NCBI GenBank assembly: GCA_038087875.1
Contig: JAXLNO010000668.1
Location: 1 to 54,729 of the forward strand
Length of the DNA stretch: 54,729 bases
Reading direction: 5' to 3'
From: Malacoraja senta
Lineage: Eukaryota
Shown: positions 1 through 12,173 of the stretch, in pieces
Layout: each line of letters starts with the position of its first letter
Numbering within the stretch: position 1 is the stretch's first letter
Program-made: the position numbers and the translations under genes
Notes under the pieces: model-generated
Database searches by the model: none
What the model was told of the DNA's origin: nothing
What the model saw: the letters and a program-made list of their open reading frames with translations, nothing else

Positions 1-186
1 GAGGGAGGGGGGGCAGGGAGAGGGGGGTGAGGGGAGGAGGGTGGTGAGGGGGAGGTGAGAGAGGGGGGGGGGTGAGAGTGGAGGTGGAGAGAAGAGGGGA
101 GGGGGGAAGAGAGAGCAGAGAAGGTTGTTGTTCGGGGGGGGGGGGGGGGTGACAAGTTGTGTTCCCTGCACCCCGTGTCGTAGCTT

Positions 187-917
187 TGTAATTTCCGGTC
201 CTAACCTTCCCCCCCCCCCCCCCCTAGTCTGGTTCAGTCAAACACCAAATACGAGCGCTGGAAATCCGACTCTCTTTTCTTACACAATACCAATACAATA
301 CCTAGTCCAATACCGCGGGTCCGATCCTTGTCTCTACTCGAGCCCAACAGCCTCGTGCAAATAGAACACACCCCCCCCCCAAAAGATCGGCACACCCAAT
401 GTGCTCCCCTCTCTTTTATACCTTACAGACCCTTGGCGCGAAAATACATGGGGGGGGGGGGGGGGCAACCCCTACAAGCCAATTATCCATTGAATGACAG
501 TTCCCTAACCAATCATATAATAACATAGTTTCAACACAAAGCACTTTGGGGGAAACACGTCTGTTCGGTAAAGAAACATTTGTCCAGGTGAAAAAAACAT
601 CGTGGGTGAGGCCTCTCTCCTGGACCAATCATCATTAGTGGCGGGAAGACTCTGCAACATTATTGTAACCCATCATTTCCCCAACCAATCCCAACCCTGC
701 ATTTGCAAAAGGACCAAGCTCATTCTGCAAAAACCCTCATACATATTAACAATTAAAGGCCATCTGGACACCAACCTCCATTCAACTCCTTCCCAGGCCA
801 CACACTCTGGAGCCATGATCCTCATGGTCTTTGCAGCTTTTGCAAAAGATGACAAGCAGGCTTTACAGAAGCAGAAATCCTCCATTTGTCAAGCACCCAA
901 AATGCCTGACATTATCA
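187..917 (-). repeat. 3' LTR of the ERV
   Basis: Starts TGTAAT and ends ATTATCA (TG...CA, imperfect inverted termini). Aligns end to end with 45314-46043. Minus-strand TATAAAA at 414-420. Confidence 0.93.
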
Positions 918-930
918 TTCCCCCTCTTTT
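918..930 (-). other. Polypurine tract (PPT)
   Basis: Minus strand reads AAAAGAGGGGGAA directly before the TGATAAT start of the 3' LTR. Confidence 0.88.
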
Positions 931-1185
931 ATCATTTATGATAACAAACAGAATAAGATGACAATGGTTCCTGTTATACAATTTAACAATGATGGCGATG
1001 TAATTGTCATAACTCTAAGTAATTTCCCGAGTTTGCATGGGCATTGTTTCACGATTTCTGACTGACGAGTCTCCATCTCACGAGTTTGCATGGCATGAAT
1101 CCTCCTTGTCCATCACGTTAGCTTGATGTACTCTTGACATTCACTGGGTACGATGTTACCTAAGAAATTCCTTGACGAAAACAAG

Positions 1186-2130
1186 TTAGCAGCGTATTCT
1201 CCCACTAATACTCCTACAATGGTGAAGATGAACCCACGCATTCTTTCCTTCTACTTTAAACCGCTGTTGGAGTTGAGTCAGGAGAACTTGGTAATGTCCC
1301 TCCCACCGAGCCTCCAAACCATTCCTTACCCATTTCTTCACCATCACATAATCACCAGGCTTGCCTTTAATGGAAGAAACCAAAAGAGGTTATTCACTGT
1401 ATGCTGCTTGCACCCTGGAACGCAAATCCCTTCGTGCCGAGTCAAAGTCAAAACGTAATCGGTCATCTCCGTAGTCATGTGATGGAAACTTACGATTTTT
1501 GGGGCATTTTGGTTCCACAGGTTCTTAAAGGACGTCCATAAACAATTTCAGCTGGGTTCAGTCTCGATTTCCCTGTGACACGCATCTGAAACAAAGCTAT
1601 GTGGAGTAATTTGATCCAACTAATTCCTGTCTCCGCCTTTAATTTAGCTAATTTGGTTTTCAGAGTCTGGTTTGTCCTTTCTACAAGTCCAGCAGCCTGT
1701 GGTCGATAAGCACAGTGCAGTTGCTGCTGGATGCCCAGCTGTTCACAGAATTCTTTGTTAATTTGCCCAATGAAATGAGGGACCATTGTCAGAGCCAAGA
1801 GAAATTGGAATACCAAATCTAGGGATAATTTCTTGCATAAGGACCTTAACAACAGTACCCGCTTTGTTATCAAGTGTTGGGCAGGGCTCTTCTTCTTCAT
1901 GCGTTGTGGCGTGCACAGCCTAAAGTTGTAAGACAACTTGTTCTGTTTGACCTTCTGTTTGTGCACGCCAGGTTGATTGCATTTGTTGAAACAGGGTGGA
2001 CCAGGTGAAGGTTTGCAATCTCCCACCCCGGGTTGGGCTCAATCCATCTGCTTTGCCCACAGGCAAAGGTGTTCTTCCATCCTCACAAACCACTCCTTTC
2101 CCAGGATTATATTTCTGACAAATAATTAGA
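1186..2130 (-). pseudogene. pol: ERV integrase core and C-terminal remnant
   Basis: Frameshifted segments: EIIPRFGIPISLGSDNG, LHCAYRPQAAGLVERTNQTLK (D,D35E core), PAEIVYGRP, PGDYVMVK...ARWEGHYQVLLT...WVH (GPY/F-like module) and CQKYNPGK (end of HHCC). The segment carrying the first catalytic Asp appears deleted. Confidence 0.9.
1890..2034 (-). mobile_element. Short interspersed insertion with (GAA)n tail inside integrase
   Basis: GGGCTC duplicated at 1884-1889 and 2035-2040. Removing the insert restores SRWIEP-CPTLDNK in integrase. TCTTCTTCTTC tail on the plus strand. Confidence 0.65.
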
Positions 2131-2148
2131 GAAGTGAGATTATGTTTC

Positions 2149-4764
2149 TCAAGTCAAGTCAAGTCACTTTTATTTCTATAGCACATTTAAAAACCAACTC
2201 TCATTGGCCAAAGTGCTTCACATTGGTGGAGGTACTAACGTTATACAACAGTGGTTCACAGATTAAATACATACATAAATACATACATATAGCTCTCCCT
2301 TAGAGGACGCCAAGAAAGGCTTGAGAGTAAAGATGAGTTTTAAGTCTCGACTTAAAGGGGACTTAGAGGGGGCAGTTCTGATGGGAAGGGGGATGCTGTT
2401 CCACAGTCTAGGAGCTGCAACCGCAAAGGCGCGGTCGCCCCTGAGCTTATGCCTAGACCGCGGGATGGTCAGTAACCCCAAGTCGGACGATCTGAGGGGC
2501 CCTGGAGGTGGTGTGGTGGGTAAGCAGACTTTTGATGTAGGTGGGGACAAGCCCGTTAAGGGCTTTGTAAACATAAAGAAGGATCTTGAAAGCTTCCACT
2601 CCGGACGTGGCGGCTCGCCTGCAGTCCGTTTGTCTTTTCTTTTTGTCCTGTTTCAGTTTATTTTAGTTTATTTAGGTTGTGTATGTGTGTGTGTCGTGGG
2701 GGGTGGGAGAAACATGTTTTTGGTCTCTTCCTTCGGGGGATGCGACCCTCTTCTTGTTGTATCCCCCGTCACCGACTCCGTCTCCGCTGAGGCCCAATGG
2801 CGGAGCTGGCGGCCTCCAACTGGGACCGACCTCGAGGCTCCGGAGGAAGAGCCAGGACTCACCATCGCGAGGCTGGCCGACTTCGGGGCTGTGGTGGCAC
2901 TGCTGCGGCGGCTCGACTTCGGACCCTCGGAGGCTTCAGCCGCGGGGCCCAGTGGACGACAACGTCGGGAGCTCGCAGGTCCCAGGTTGGCGACCGGTTC
3001 TCCGCAGCTCCCGCTACAACAGCTTCGTCCGCTGGACTGGAGGGTGGCAGCTTCGTCCGCCCCGGGTCACGGAGTTTGAACCGGCCCGTTCGCGGGGCAC
3101 GGATTCAGCCGCGGGACTTACCATCACCCGGCGGGGTCCCAACATCGGAAGCCTGGATCGCCTCAACGCAGAGGGAGAACAAGGACAGAAGAGACAAGGA
3201 CTTTAAGACTTTTGCCTTCCATCAAAGTGAGGAGGTGCCTGGTAGACTCACTGTGGTGGATATTAAACTGTGTTTACTTTACTTTACTTGAAGTTTATAC
3301 AGAACCGCACAGGGAGCCAGTGGAGAGGGGCCAGGATCGGGGGTGATGTGGTCCCTTTTTCGGGTGCCCGTCAGGAGTCTCGCTGCGGCGTTTTGGACCA
3401 GTTGCAGGCGGGGACAGGGAAGATTGCCTGATGCCAGTGTAAAGGGAGTTGCAGTAATCGAGGCGGGAGGAGATAAATGTGTGGATGATCTTTTCGGGGT
3501 CATCAAACTGGAGGAATTGTTTTATTTTAGCTATCGACCGAAGCTGAAAGAAGCTAGCTTTTACCACGGCATTGACTTGTTTGTCAAATTTCAGTGCTGA
3601 GGTCAAATATCACGCCAAGGTTTTTGACATGAGGTTTGAGTAGTGGGGTAAGGCTTCCAAGGCTGCCTGCTATCATTTTGATTGAGTCCAAGGGGCCGAG
3701 AAGGATGACCTCAGACTTACTCTCGTTTAGTTGGAGGAGGTTCCGGGCCATCCAACACTTTATATCCTCGAGGCAGTGGATAAGGTTAAGCAGATTTGAT
3801 CGGTTGTTGGGGTTCAGGGGGGAGATAGAGTTGTGTATCGTCTGCGTAGCAATGGAAGGAAATGCCGTGCCCTTTGAATGACTTGGCCGAAGGGGAGCAT
3901 ATACAGGGAGAAGAGAATGGGGCCAAGGATGGAACCTTGTGGAACCCCACAGCAGAGATTAGCTGGGGAGGAGAAAGAGTTCCCTATGTTAGTAGAGAAA
4001 CTCCTACCTTTGAGGTAGGAGATGAACCAGCTCAGGGCAGTGCCATCAATACCAACCCCATACCGGAGACGGTCAATTAGGATGGTGTGGTCGACAGTAT
4101 CAAATGCTGCGCTGAGGTCAAGAAGGAGCAGGATTGCACAGTCGCCGGAGTCAACGGTGAGCAGTAGGTCATTGTGTACCTTCAACAAGGCAGACTTTGT
4201 GCTATGGTGAGCCCTGAAACCTGATTGGAAAGTTTCCAAGATAGTATTTTGGTGTAGATAAGGCATTAGTTGGTTTAGAATTACCTTTTCAAGGGCTTTT
4301 GAAAGGAAAGGCAGTTTAGAAATGGTCTGTAGTTGCTTGGCAAGGTGGGGTCGAGGTTAGGTTTTTTCAGGAGGTGCTGGACCACCGCGTGCTTGAAGCA
4401 AGTAGGAACAGTGCCAGTGGCCAGAGAACTGTTGATGATGGCGAGGATGCTGGGACCGGCTGTTGTAATGACGTCCCTTTAGATGGGCAGAGGGGACAGT
4501 GTCAAGGGGGCAGGTAGTAGGTTTCATGGTGGTGATCAGCTTTACAAGGGAGGGTAGAGTAACGGGTTGGAAACAGACTAATTTTGAAGAACAGACCAAT
4601 GAGACAGCTAGGTCACGGATGGAGGGGGAAATATTCGATCTGATGATCTTAACTTTGCTGGAGAAAAATGTAGTAAATTCCTCGCACTTAGCAGGGGACC
4701 CAGTTAAGCTGGTGCTGGGGGCAGGACATATGATAGAGGTGATGGTACTAAAAGGGACCTTGGA
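2149..4764 (-). mobile_element. L2-clade LINE, 5'-truncated and degraded
   Basis: ORFs with [44 protein letters not shown] and GDRAFAVAAPRLWNS. (CTTGA)n 3' tail at 2149-2165. Closely similar to 46280-48174 in the opposite orientation. Confidence 0.9.
2591..3286 (+). mobile_element. GC-rich non-autonomous retroelement (SINE-like) nested in L2
   Basis: Interrupts the L2 with CTTGAA duplicated at 2585-2590 and 3287-3292. Near-identical to 4900-5600 in reverse orientation. No recognisable protein. Confidence 0.7.
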
Positions 4765-4789
4765 TAAATAATATCTAAAGTACTGTATA

Positions 4790-5600
4790 TATAAGTATCA
4801 AGTATCCTTTATTGTCATTCAGACATTTCAGTCTGAACAAAATTGTATACCTTGCAATCATAACATAGAATAAAATAACAAAACACACACTTAACACACT
4901 TTAATATCCACCACAGTGAGTCTACCAGGGCACCTCCTCACTTTGATGGAAGGCAAAAGTCTTAAAGTCCTTGTCTCTTCCCTCCTTGTTCTCCCTCTGC
5001 GTTGAGGCGATCCGGGCTTCCGATGTTGGGACCCCGCCGGGTGATGGTAAGTCCCGCGGCCGAATCCGTGCCCCGCGAACGGGCCGGTTCAAACCTCCGC
5101 GGCCCGGGGGTGGACGAAGCTGCCACCCTCCAGTCCAGCGGACGAAGCTGTTGTTGCGGGAGCTGCGGAGAACCGGTCGCCAACCTGGGACCTGCGAGCT
5201 CCCGACGTTGTCGTCCACTGGGCCCCGCGGCCGAGCCTCCAAAGTCGGGCCGCCGCCTCCGCAACGGCCACCACAGCCCCAAAGTCGGCCAGCCTGGCGT
5301 TGGTAAGCCCTGGCTGGCTCTGCCTCCGGAGCCTCGAGGTCGATCCCAGTTGGAGGCCGCCTACTCTGCCATTAGGCCTCAGCGCAGACGGAGACGGAGA
5401 CGGGGGATACGACAAGAAGAGGTCGCATCCCCCCGAAGGAAGAGACCAAAAACATGTTTCTCCCACCCCCCCTCCCACCCCACACACATACACAACTAAA
5501 TAAACAAAAATTAACTAAAACAGGACAAAAAGAAAACACACAAAAAAGACAAACAGACTGCAGGCGAGTCGCAGCTGCAGGGCAACGCCGCCACTTCCGG
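4790..5600 (-). mobile_element. GC-rich non-autonomous retroelement (same family as 2591-3286)
   Basis: Reverse-complement match to 2591-3286 (overlapping ORF translations are nearly identical). The 3' end has GACAATAAA followed by a (GATACTT)n tail. Confidence 0.7.
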
Positions 5601-5614
5601 AGATCGGCCGATTG

Positions 5615-6422
5615 TGAGATCGACCGATTGACCAAATGGTGCCAGCACAAAAACCTGGCTCTCAACACCAGCAAAACCAAGGAACTGATTGTGGACTTTG
5701 GAAGGAGTAGGATAGGGACCCACAATCCCGTTTACATCAACGGGACGATGGTGGAGAGGGTCAAGAGCTTCAAATTCCTGGGCTTGCACATTTCCGAAGA
5801 TCTCTCCTGGCCCCAGCACACTGATGCAATCATAAAGAAAGCACATCAGCGCCTCTACTTCCTGAGAAGATTACGGAGAGCCGGTTTGTCAAGGAGGACT
5901 CTCTCTAACTTCTACAGGTGCACAGTAGAGAGCATGCTGACCGGTTGCATCGTGGCTTGGTTCAGCAACTTGAACGCCCAGGAGCGGAAAAGACTGCAGA
6001 AAGTTGTGACCACTGCCCAGTCCATCATCGGCTCTGACCTCCCCACCATCAAGGGATCTATCACAGTCGCTGCCACAAAAAGGCTGCCAACATCATCAAG
6101 GACCCACACCATCCTGGGCCACACACTCATCTCTCCGCTGCCATCGGGAAGAAGGTACAGGAGCTTGAAATCTGCAACATCCAGGTTCAGGAATAGCTGC
6201 TTCCCCACAGCCATCAGACTATTAAACACAACTTCAAACAAACTCTGAACAATAACAGCCTATTGCACGTTATCTGTTTAATTATGTGTATATATATGGT
6301 CTATGGTATATAGACACAGTGATCTGATCTGTATTTATGTTTACAATATTCTGTTGTGCTGCAGCAGGCTAGAATGTCATTGTCCTATCTGGGACACACG
6401 ACAATAAACTCTCTAGACTTGA
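5615..6422 (+). mobile_element. Rex1/Babar-type LINE 3' fragment (RT thumb / C-terminal domain)
   Basis: WCQHKNLALNTSKTKELIVDF, FKFLGLHISEDLSW, KKAHQRLYFLRRL, FYRCTVESMLTGCI and RFRNSCFPTAIRLLN. The 3' UTR ends GACAATAAA...GACTTGAC. Confidence 0.82.
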
Positions 6423-6522
6423 CAGCTACTCACTTTCTGGGCCAAAGTTTGTAATCTTGGATGCCACCAAGTAGCTGAAAGAGCATCACTAATCGCTCTA
6501 GTGAAACGCAAAATGCATACAC

Positions 6523-7815
6523 TAGCAATGTTACAAAATGTTGAGATTTAAAAAATCAAGTCTGCAATTTATCCCATCAGATAAAGCACAAAAAGAAGTT
6601 TAATTTGACACCTAATTCACTTTCATATCTTCAGTATTTAAAAAAGTTATGGCCATTTTCATACTCTGAAATTAGCATCTTGTTCCCTATTGCTTTTCCA
6701 TTGACTTAACACAAAAGCTGTGATCGAGGACAGTCAAAAGCCATAACTTTCTTAAAAATTAAGAGAACTGAATGAAATTTTTCGGTTATTATAGATTGAA
6801 GCATTCTGAAACAAATACGAAACAATCTTACTTGGATGACCTGAAATTAAAGCATATAATTAGTTAGTTACCTAATTGTAGCTAATTACAAAATTCAATT
6901 ACTAGATCTAAACATCTATCCATTTCTTAAGAAAAGGTTAACATTTTTAAATAGTCTAAGTGTCCAAATAACATTCACACAAGAATTCACAATATAACAT
7001 GATTTTTAAATCTCATTGTCATGAATTTATAGGCCAAATGGAAGGAATCTAATGTTTAATTCCCGTATATTAATGGGCATTTAAATCATCTTGCAAGTGG
7101 GTTTTTATGTGGAACGCGATCGATTGGAATGTTGCGGATTGCGGTGAATTTGAACCCCATATCGGCAGGAAAAACACTGCCGGTTCGTATGGGGCCAAAA
7201 TCACATTTTCGCCAATTAAATTTGGATTAAAGTCATCCTAAGAACCAAGTTTATGAGTAATATAGTTCATACTTCAAGTATAATTACCTTCTTTGAATGT
7301 GCAAACTTGTCATTTACATTTATAATATAACATTGTGCACTACCACTTTCTACGTCAGAAATGCATATATCTAAAACTGTTATTTAATTCTGTTTGTGGG
7401 TTGGACCCTGGTGCATTGTGCAAATAGGACAAAAGACAGTAAATGCACTTGCAGATTTTGCACAAAAAAAAGAAAAAAAAGAAGCAAGTTTATATGTAAA
7501 ATAAACGACACCTTATGTTTTGTCCCCTACTTGAGATCTGTCCCATTGTAGGCGTTGAGGGCGTTAGAAGTAGCTTTTTATTTTACTCCAGCGATTAAAT
7601 TGTCCAGCGATTAAAAAAACTTCCGAGAACGGAAGTCCGGTCGATTGTTCTGCAGCAGCTGGCAGCCCGAGGAAGTTCACCTTCGACAGGCAGGAGAAAA
7701 CGGCATTTTAATCCCGCCACCCCCCCCCCCCCCCAAAGGTGCCAAAGTCCCGCACACGGCCAGTGGCAGAACTGCAGCGCAATACTTACTGAAGGTAAGT
7801 ATTGTAACATCACTA
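6523..7815. mobile_element. Non-autonomous DNA transposon, hAT-like
   Basis: Terminal inverted repeats TAGCAATGTTACAA / TTGTAACATCACTA. CATACACT duplicated at 6516-6523 and 7816-7823 (8 bp, overlapping the left TIR by one T). Excision restores WVVECMHFAFH in the integrase HHCC region. AT-rich with no transposase ORF. Confidence 0.75.
7255..7478 (+). other. Probable retroposed poly(A)+ fragment (mRNA 3' end) nested in the DNA transposon
   Basis: 15-bp direct repeats AAGAA(C/G)CAAGTTTAT at 7240-7254 and 7479-7493. A-rich tail at 7464-7478 with AGTAAA about 20 nt upstream. Confidence 0.6.
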
Positions 7816-8177
7816 CATACACTCCACAACCCAAACTGCAAGAGGATCTGGCATACAAGTCTGCCCTGCCGGAGTGACCCACAATCCTGACATGTCCTGC
7901 AAACCATTGTACATCCAAGCTCTTTCCATAATCTTACATCCCCTTCAGGAGCTTCTTCCTGCAACTGAATAATTTCCTGAATGGTTGGCATTGACTTTTA
8001 CGAGGGGGGCTTGTTACCTGAACTTTTTATCAGCCTCATCATTCTTGGCACCACCACCTTGCATTCCCGGGATACTTCCTTTACTGCTTGATCACCACAA
8101 CGATTCCCTACGTCTATCGGGGTCTGTCCCCTTGTGTGAGCGCAACACTTCATCACTGAAATTGGTCTAAGTAGCAT
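7816..8177 (-). pseudogene. pol: ERV RNase H C-terminus and integrase N-terminal region
   Basis: ISVMKCCAHTRGQTPIDVGNRCGDQAVK (K-x-x-AH...GN..AD type RNase H end), continuing KAL from 10758. Also LQEEAPEGDVRLWKELG. Confidence 0.8.
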
Positions 8178-10757
8178 TATAGAAACATCGAAACAAAGAA
8201 AATAGGTGCAGGAGTAGGCCATTCGGCCCTTCCAGCCTGCACCGCCATTCAATATGATCATGGCTGATCATCCAACTCAGCATCCTGTACCTGCCTTCTC
8301 TCCATACCCCCTGATCCCTTTAGCCACAAGGGCCACATCTAACTCCCTCTTAAATATAGCCAATGAACTGGCCTCAACTACCCTCTGTGGCAGAGAGTTC
8401 CAGAGATTCACCACTCTCTGTGTGAAAAATGTTTTTCTCATCTCGGTCCTAAAGGATTTCCCCTTTATCCTTAAACTGTGACCCCTTGTCCTGGACTTCC
8501 CCAACATCGGGAATAATCTTCCTGCATCTAGCCTGTCCAACCCCTTAAAAATGTTGTACGTTTCTATAAGATCCCCCCTCAATCTTCTAAATTCTAGCGA
8601 GTACAAGCCGAGTCTATCCAGTCTTTCTTCATATGAAAGTCCTGACATCCCAGCAATCAGTCTGGTGAACCTTCTCTGTACTCCCTCTATGGCAAGAATG
8701 TCTTTCCTCAGATTTGGAGACCAAAACTGTACGCAATACTCCAGGTGTGGTCTCACCAAGACCCTGTACAACTGCAGTAGAACCTCCCTGCTCCTATACT
8801 CAAATCCTTTTGCTATGAATGCTAACATACCATTCGCTTTCTTCACTGCCTACTGCACCTGCATGGCTACTTTCAATGACTGGTGTACCATGACACCCAG
8901 GTCTCGCTGCATCTCCCCTTTTCCTAATCGGCCACCATTTAGATAATAGTCTACTTTCCTGTTTTTGCCCCCAAAGTGGATAACCTCACATTTATCCAAA
9001 TTATACTGCATCTGCCATGCATTTGCCCACTCACCCAGCCTATCCAAGTCACCTTGCAGCCTCCTAGCATCCTCCTCACAGCTAACACTGCCCCCCAGCT
9101 TCGTGTCATCCGCAAACTTGGAGATGTTGCATTCAATTCCCTCGTCCAAATCATTAATACAGGTATATATTGTAAATAGCTGGGGTACCAGCACTGAGCC
9201 TTGCGGTACCCCACTAGTCACTGCCTGCCATTCTGAAAAGGACCCGTTTACTCCTACTCTTTGCTTCCTGTTTGCCAGCTAGTTCTCTATCCACATCAAT
9301 ACTGAACCCACAATACCGTGTGCTTTAAGTTTGTATACTAATCTCTTATGTGGGACCTTGTCGAAAGCCTTCTGAAAGTCCAGATACAACACATCCACTG
9401 GTTCTCCCTTATCCACTCTACTAGTTACATCCTCGAAAAATTCTATAAGATTCGTCAGACATGATTTACCTTTCGTAAATCCATGCTGACTTTGTCCAAT
9501 GATTTCACCACTTTCCAAATGTGCTGCTATCCCATCTTTAATAACTGACTCTAGCAGTTTCCCCACTACCGATGTTAGACTAACTGGTCTGTAATTCCCC
9601 GTTTTCTCTCTCCCTCCCTTTTTAAAAAGGGGGGTTACATTAGCTACCCTCCAATCCTCAGGAACTACTCCAGAATCTAAGGAGTTTTGATAAATGATCA
9701 CTAATGCATCCACTATTTCTGTGGCTACTTCCTTAAGTACTCTGGGATGCAGCCTATCTGGCCCTGGGGATTTATCGGCCTTTAATCCATTCAATTTACC
9801 TAACACCACTTCCCGGCTAACCTGGATTTCACACAGTTCCTCCATCTCATTTGACCCGCGGCCCCCTGCTATTTCCAGCAGATTATTTATGTCTTCCTTA
9901 GTGAAGACAGAACCAAAGTAGTTATTCAATTGTCTGCCATGTCCTTGTTCCCCATGATCAATTCACCTGTTTCTGACTGCAAGGGACCTACATTTGTTTT
10001 AACTAATCTCTTTCTCTTCACATATCTATAAAAACCTTTGCAGTCAGTTTTTATGTTCCATGCCAGTTTTCTTTCATAATCTATTTTCCCTTTCCTAATT
10101 AAACCCTTTGTCCTCCTCTGCTGGACTCTGAATTTCTCCCAGTCCTCTGGTAGGCTGCTTTTTCTGGCTAATTTGTACACTTCATCTTTTGTTTTGATAC
10201 TATCCCTGATTTCCCTTGTTATCCATGGATGCACTACCTTCCCTGATTTATTCTTTTGCCAAACTGGGATGAAGAATTGTTGTGGTTCATCCATGCAGTC
10301 TTTAAATGCCTTCCATTGCATATCCACCGTCAACCCTTTAAGAATCAATTGCCAGTCAATCTTGGCCAATTCACGTTTCATACCCTCAAAGTTACCTTTC
10401 TATAAGTTCAGAACCCTTGTTTCTGAATTAACAATGTCACTCTCCATCCTAATGAAGAACTCAACCATATTATGGTCACTCTTGCCCAAGGGGCCACGCA
10501 CAACAAGACTGCTAACTAACCCTTCCTCATTACTCAATACCCAGTCTAGAATAGCCTGCTCTCTCGTTGGTTCCCCTACATGTTGGTTTAGAAAACTATC
10601 CCGCATACATTCCAAGAAATCCTCTTCCTCAGCACCCCTGCCAATTTGATTCACCCAATCTATATGTAGATTGAAGTCACCCATTATAACTGTTTTACCT
10701 TTGTTGCACGCATTTCAAAATTCCTGTTGGTGCCATCCCCAACTCCACTACTACTGT
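8178..10757 (-). mobile_element. CR1 LINE, 5'-truncated (end of endonuclease + RT + 3' UTR), inserted in ERV RNase H; original copy from which the array derives
   Basis: MGDFN, ILDWVL and SDHNMV (APE end); KSPGPD, YLDFQKAFDKVPH, GVPQGSVL and FADD. (TTTCTATG)-type tail at ~8178-8200. In this copy the RT frame is broken by TAG codons at 9279 and 8850. Confidence 0.93.
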
Positions 10758-11477
10758 CAGAGCCTTTAATAAATCAGTCACCAATTGCTGATGAGATATT
10801 TGAGTTCCTGCTGAGGTTAGGAATCCTCTATTCCTCCATAGTTGTCCAAAGTCATGTACTACCCCGAATGCATATCTAGAATCTGTATACATGTTCACCC
10901 TTAAATCTTTCCCAGCAACACATGCTCTAATCAAAGCAAACAATTCAGCCTGTTGTGCTGAATAGGGTGACTCAAAGGCAGCTGCTTCCATGCTGTTCCC
11001 ATCCTGGTTTACAATAGCGTACCCAGAAAATCTCTCTCCCTGGGGCCCAATGGATGCACGTACAGTGTCGTGTCAGGGTCTTCTATAGGAGCGTCTTTTA
11101 GATCCTCCCTTACAGATGTTTCTTCATATATTATGAACAAACAGTCATGTCCTGATTCTGACTGTTCCTCTGGAGGTGAAATGAGGAAAGATGCCGGATT
11201 AGTACTAGTACAGTGTCTGAATTGGAGTTTTGGATTATTCAGTAGATAGATTTCATATACGAGCCATTGTCAGATGCTGAGTTTGTGGTTGTCCCAACAA
11301 GGCTGCCACCGAATGGGAACTGTACGCTACTATCTCCTGCTGTAAGGTCCGGTTTGTAGCAGACTGTAGACTATTATAGATTGCTGTTAGGATCTGGGTG
11401 CATAGTGGTTGTCCTCTCGCTACTGGGTCAAGCTTTGAAGAAGAATAAGCCACTGGTCTGTATTTATCCCCATGTTT
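10758..11477 (-). pseudogene. pol: ERV pol connection/RNase H (repeated in each array unit)
   Basis: RPVAYSSSKLDPVARGQPLC, SAQQAELFALIRAC and YTDSRYAFGVVHDFGQLWRNRGFLTSAG are typical class I RNase H motifs. Confidence 0.92.
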
Positions 11478-11811
11478 TATAGAAACATAGAAACATAGAA
11501 AATAGGTGCAGGAGGAGGCCATTCGGCCCTTCGAGCCAGCACCGCCATCCATTGTGATCATGGCTGATCGTCCCCTATCAATAACCCATGCCTGCCTTCT
11601 CCCCATATCCCTTGACTCCACTAGCCCCCAGAGCTCTATCTAACTCTCTCTTTAATCCATCCAGTGATTTGGCCTCCACTGCCCTCTGTGGCAGGGAATT
11701 CCATAAATTCCCAACTCTCTGGGTGAAAGAGTTTTTTTCTCACCTCAGTCTTAAATGACCTCCCCTTTATTCTAAGACTGTGGCCCCTGGTTCTGGACTC
11801 GCCCAGAACAT
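11478..11811 (-). mobile_element. Short CR1 3' fragment in ERV pol (repeated in each unit)
   Basis: ESRTRGHSLRIKG...FTQRV..WNSLP, CR1 3' UTR and (TTTCTATG)n tail. It splits AVLT|KHGDKYRPVAY. Confidence 0.88.
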
Positions 11812-12173
11812 GAGTGAGGACTGCAGTTGAACATTCGGACAGGATGGTCCAATAAAGTTGGAAGGGTCTATCATAGAGTGGCCTTCCTCGTGCTGGAGCC
11901 TGCATTAAAGATCTCTTCAAATTCTCAAAAGCTTACTGGGCTTCTTCGGACAACTGGAATTTGCCCTCTAGGCTGGTATAAGGAGTCAATTCCTTGGTGT
12001 CTAGTGCAATATTAGGGATCCATGGTCGGCAGTAGTTCACCAGGCCGAGCCACTGACGCATCTGCTTTGCCTCTTTTGGTAGAGGAAATTCACAAATTGG
12101 TCCAAGTCTACGACTCTCTAGACTTCTCTCCGAAATTATCACTCCCACGACTTTTACTTTTTGTTGAGCCATT
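11812..12173 (-). pseudogene. pol: ERV RT thumb region (repeated in each unit)
   Basis: QMRQWLGLVNYCRPWIPN and LKRSLMQAPARGRPLYDRPFQLY. Confidence 0.9.

Noticed and set aside
752..757. Plus-strand ATTAAA suggesting a plus-oriented LTR
   Set aside because: PBS, PPT, TATA and all viral reading frames place the provirus on the minus strand.
2321..3291. Long overlapping ORFs in GC-rich elements (also 4922-5499 and 49265-49834)
   Set aside because: These frames are stop-poor because of high GC content, show no recognisable domain, and differ between copies.
5454..6248. 264-aa ORF as a host gene (ALKBH8 N-terminus/DUF1891-like)
   Set aside because: It is the C-terminal part of a Rex1/Babar ORF joined by chance to antisense sequence of the GC-rich element, with an internal frameshifted stretch and a LINE tail.
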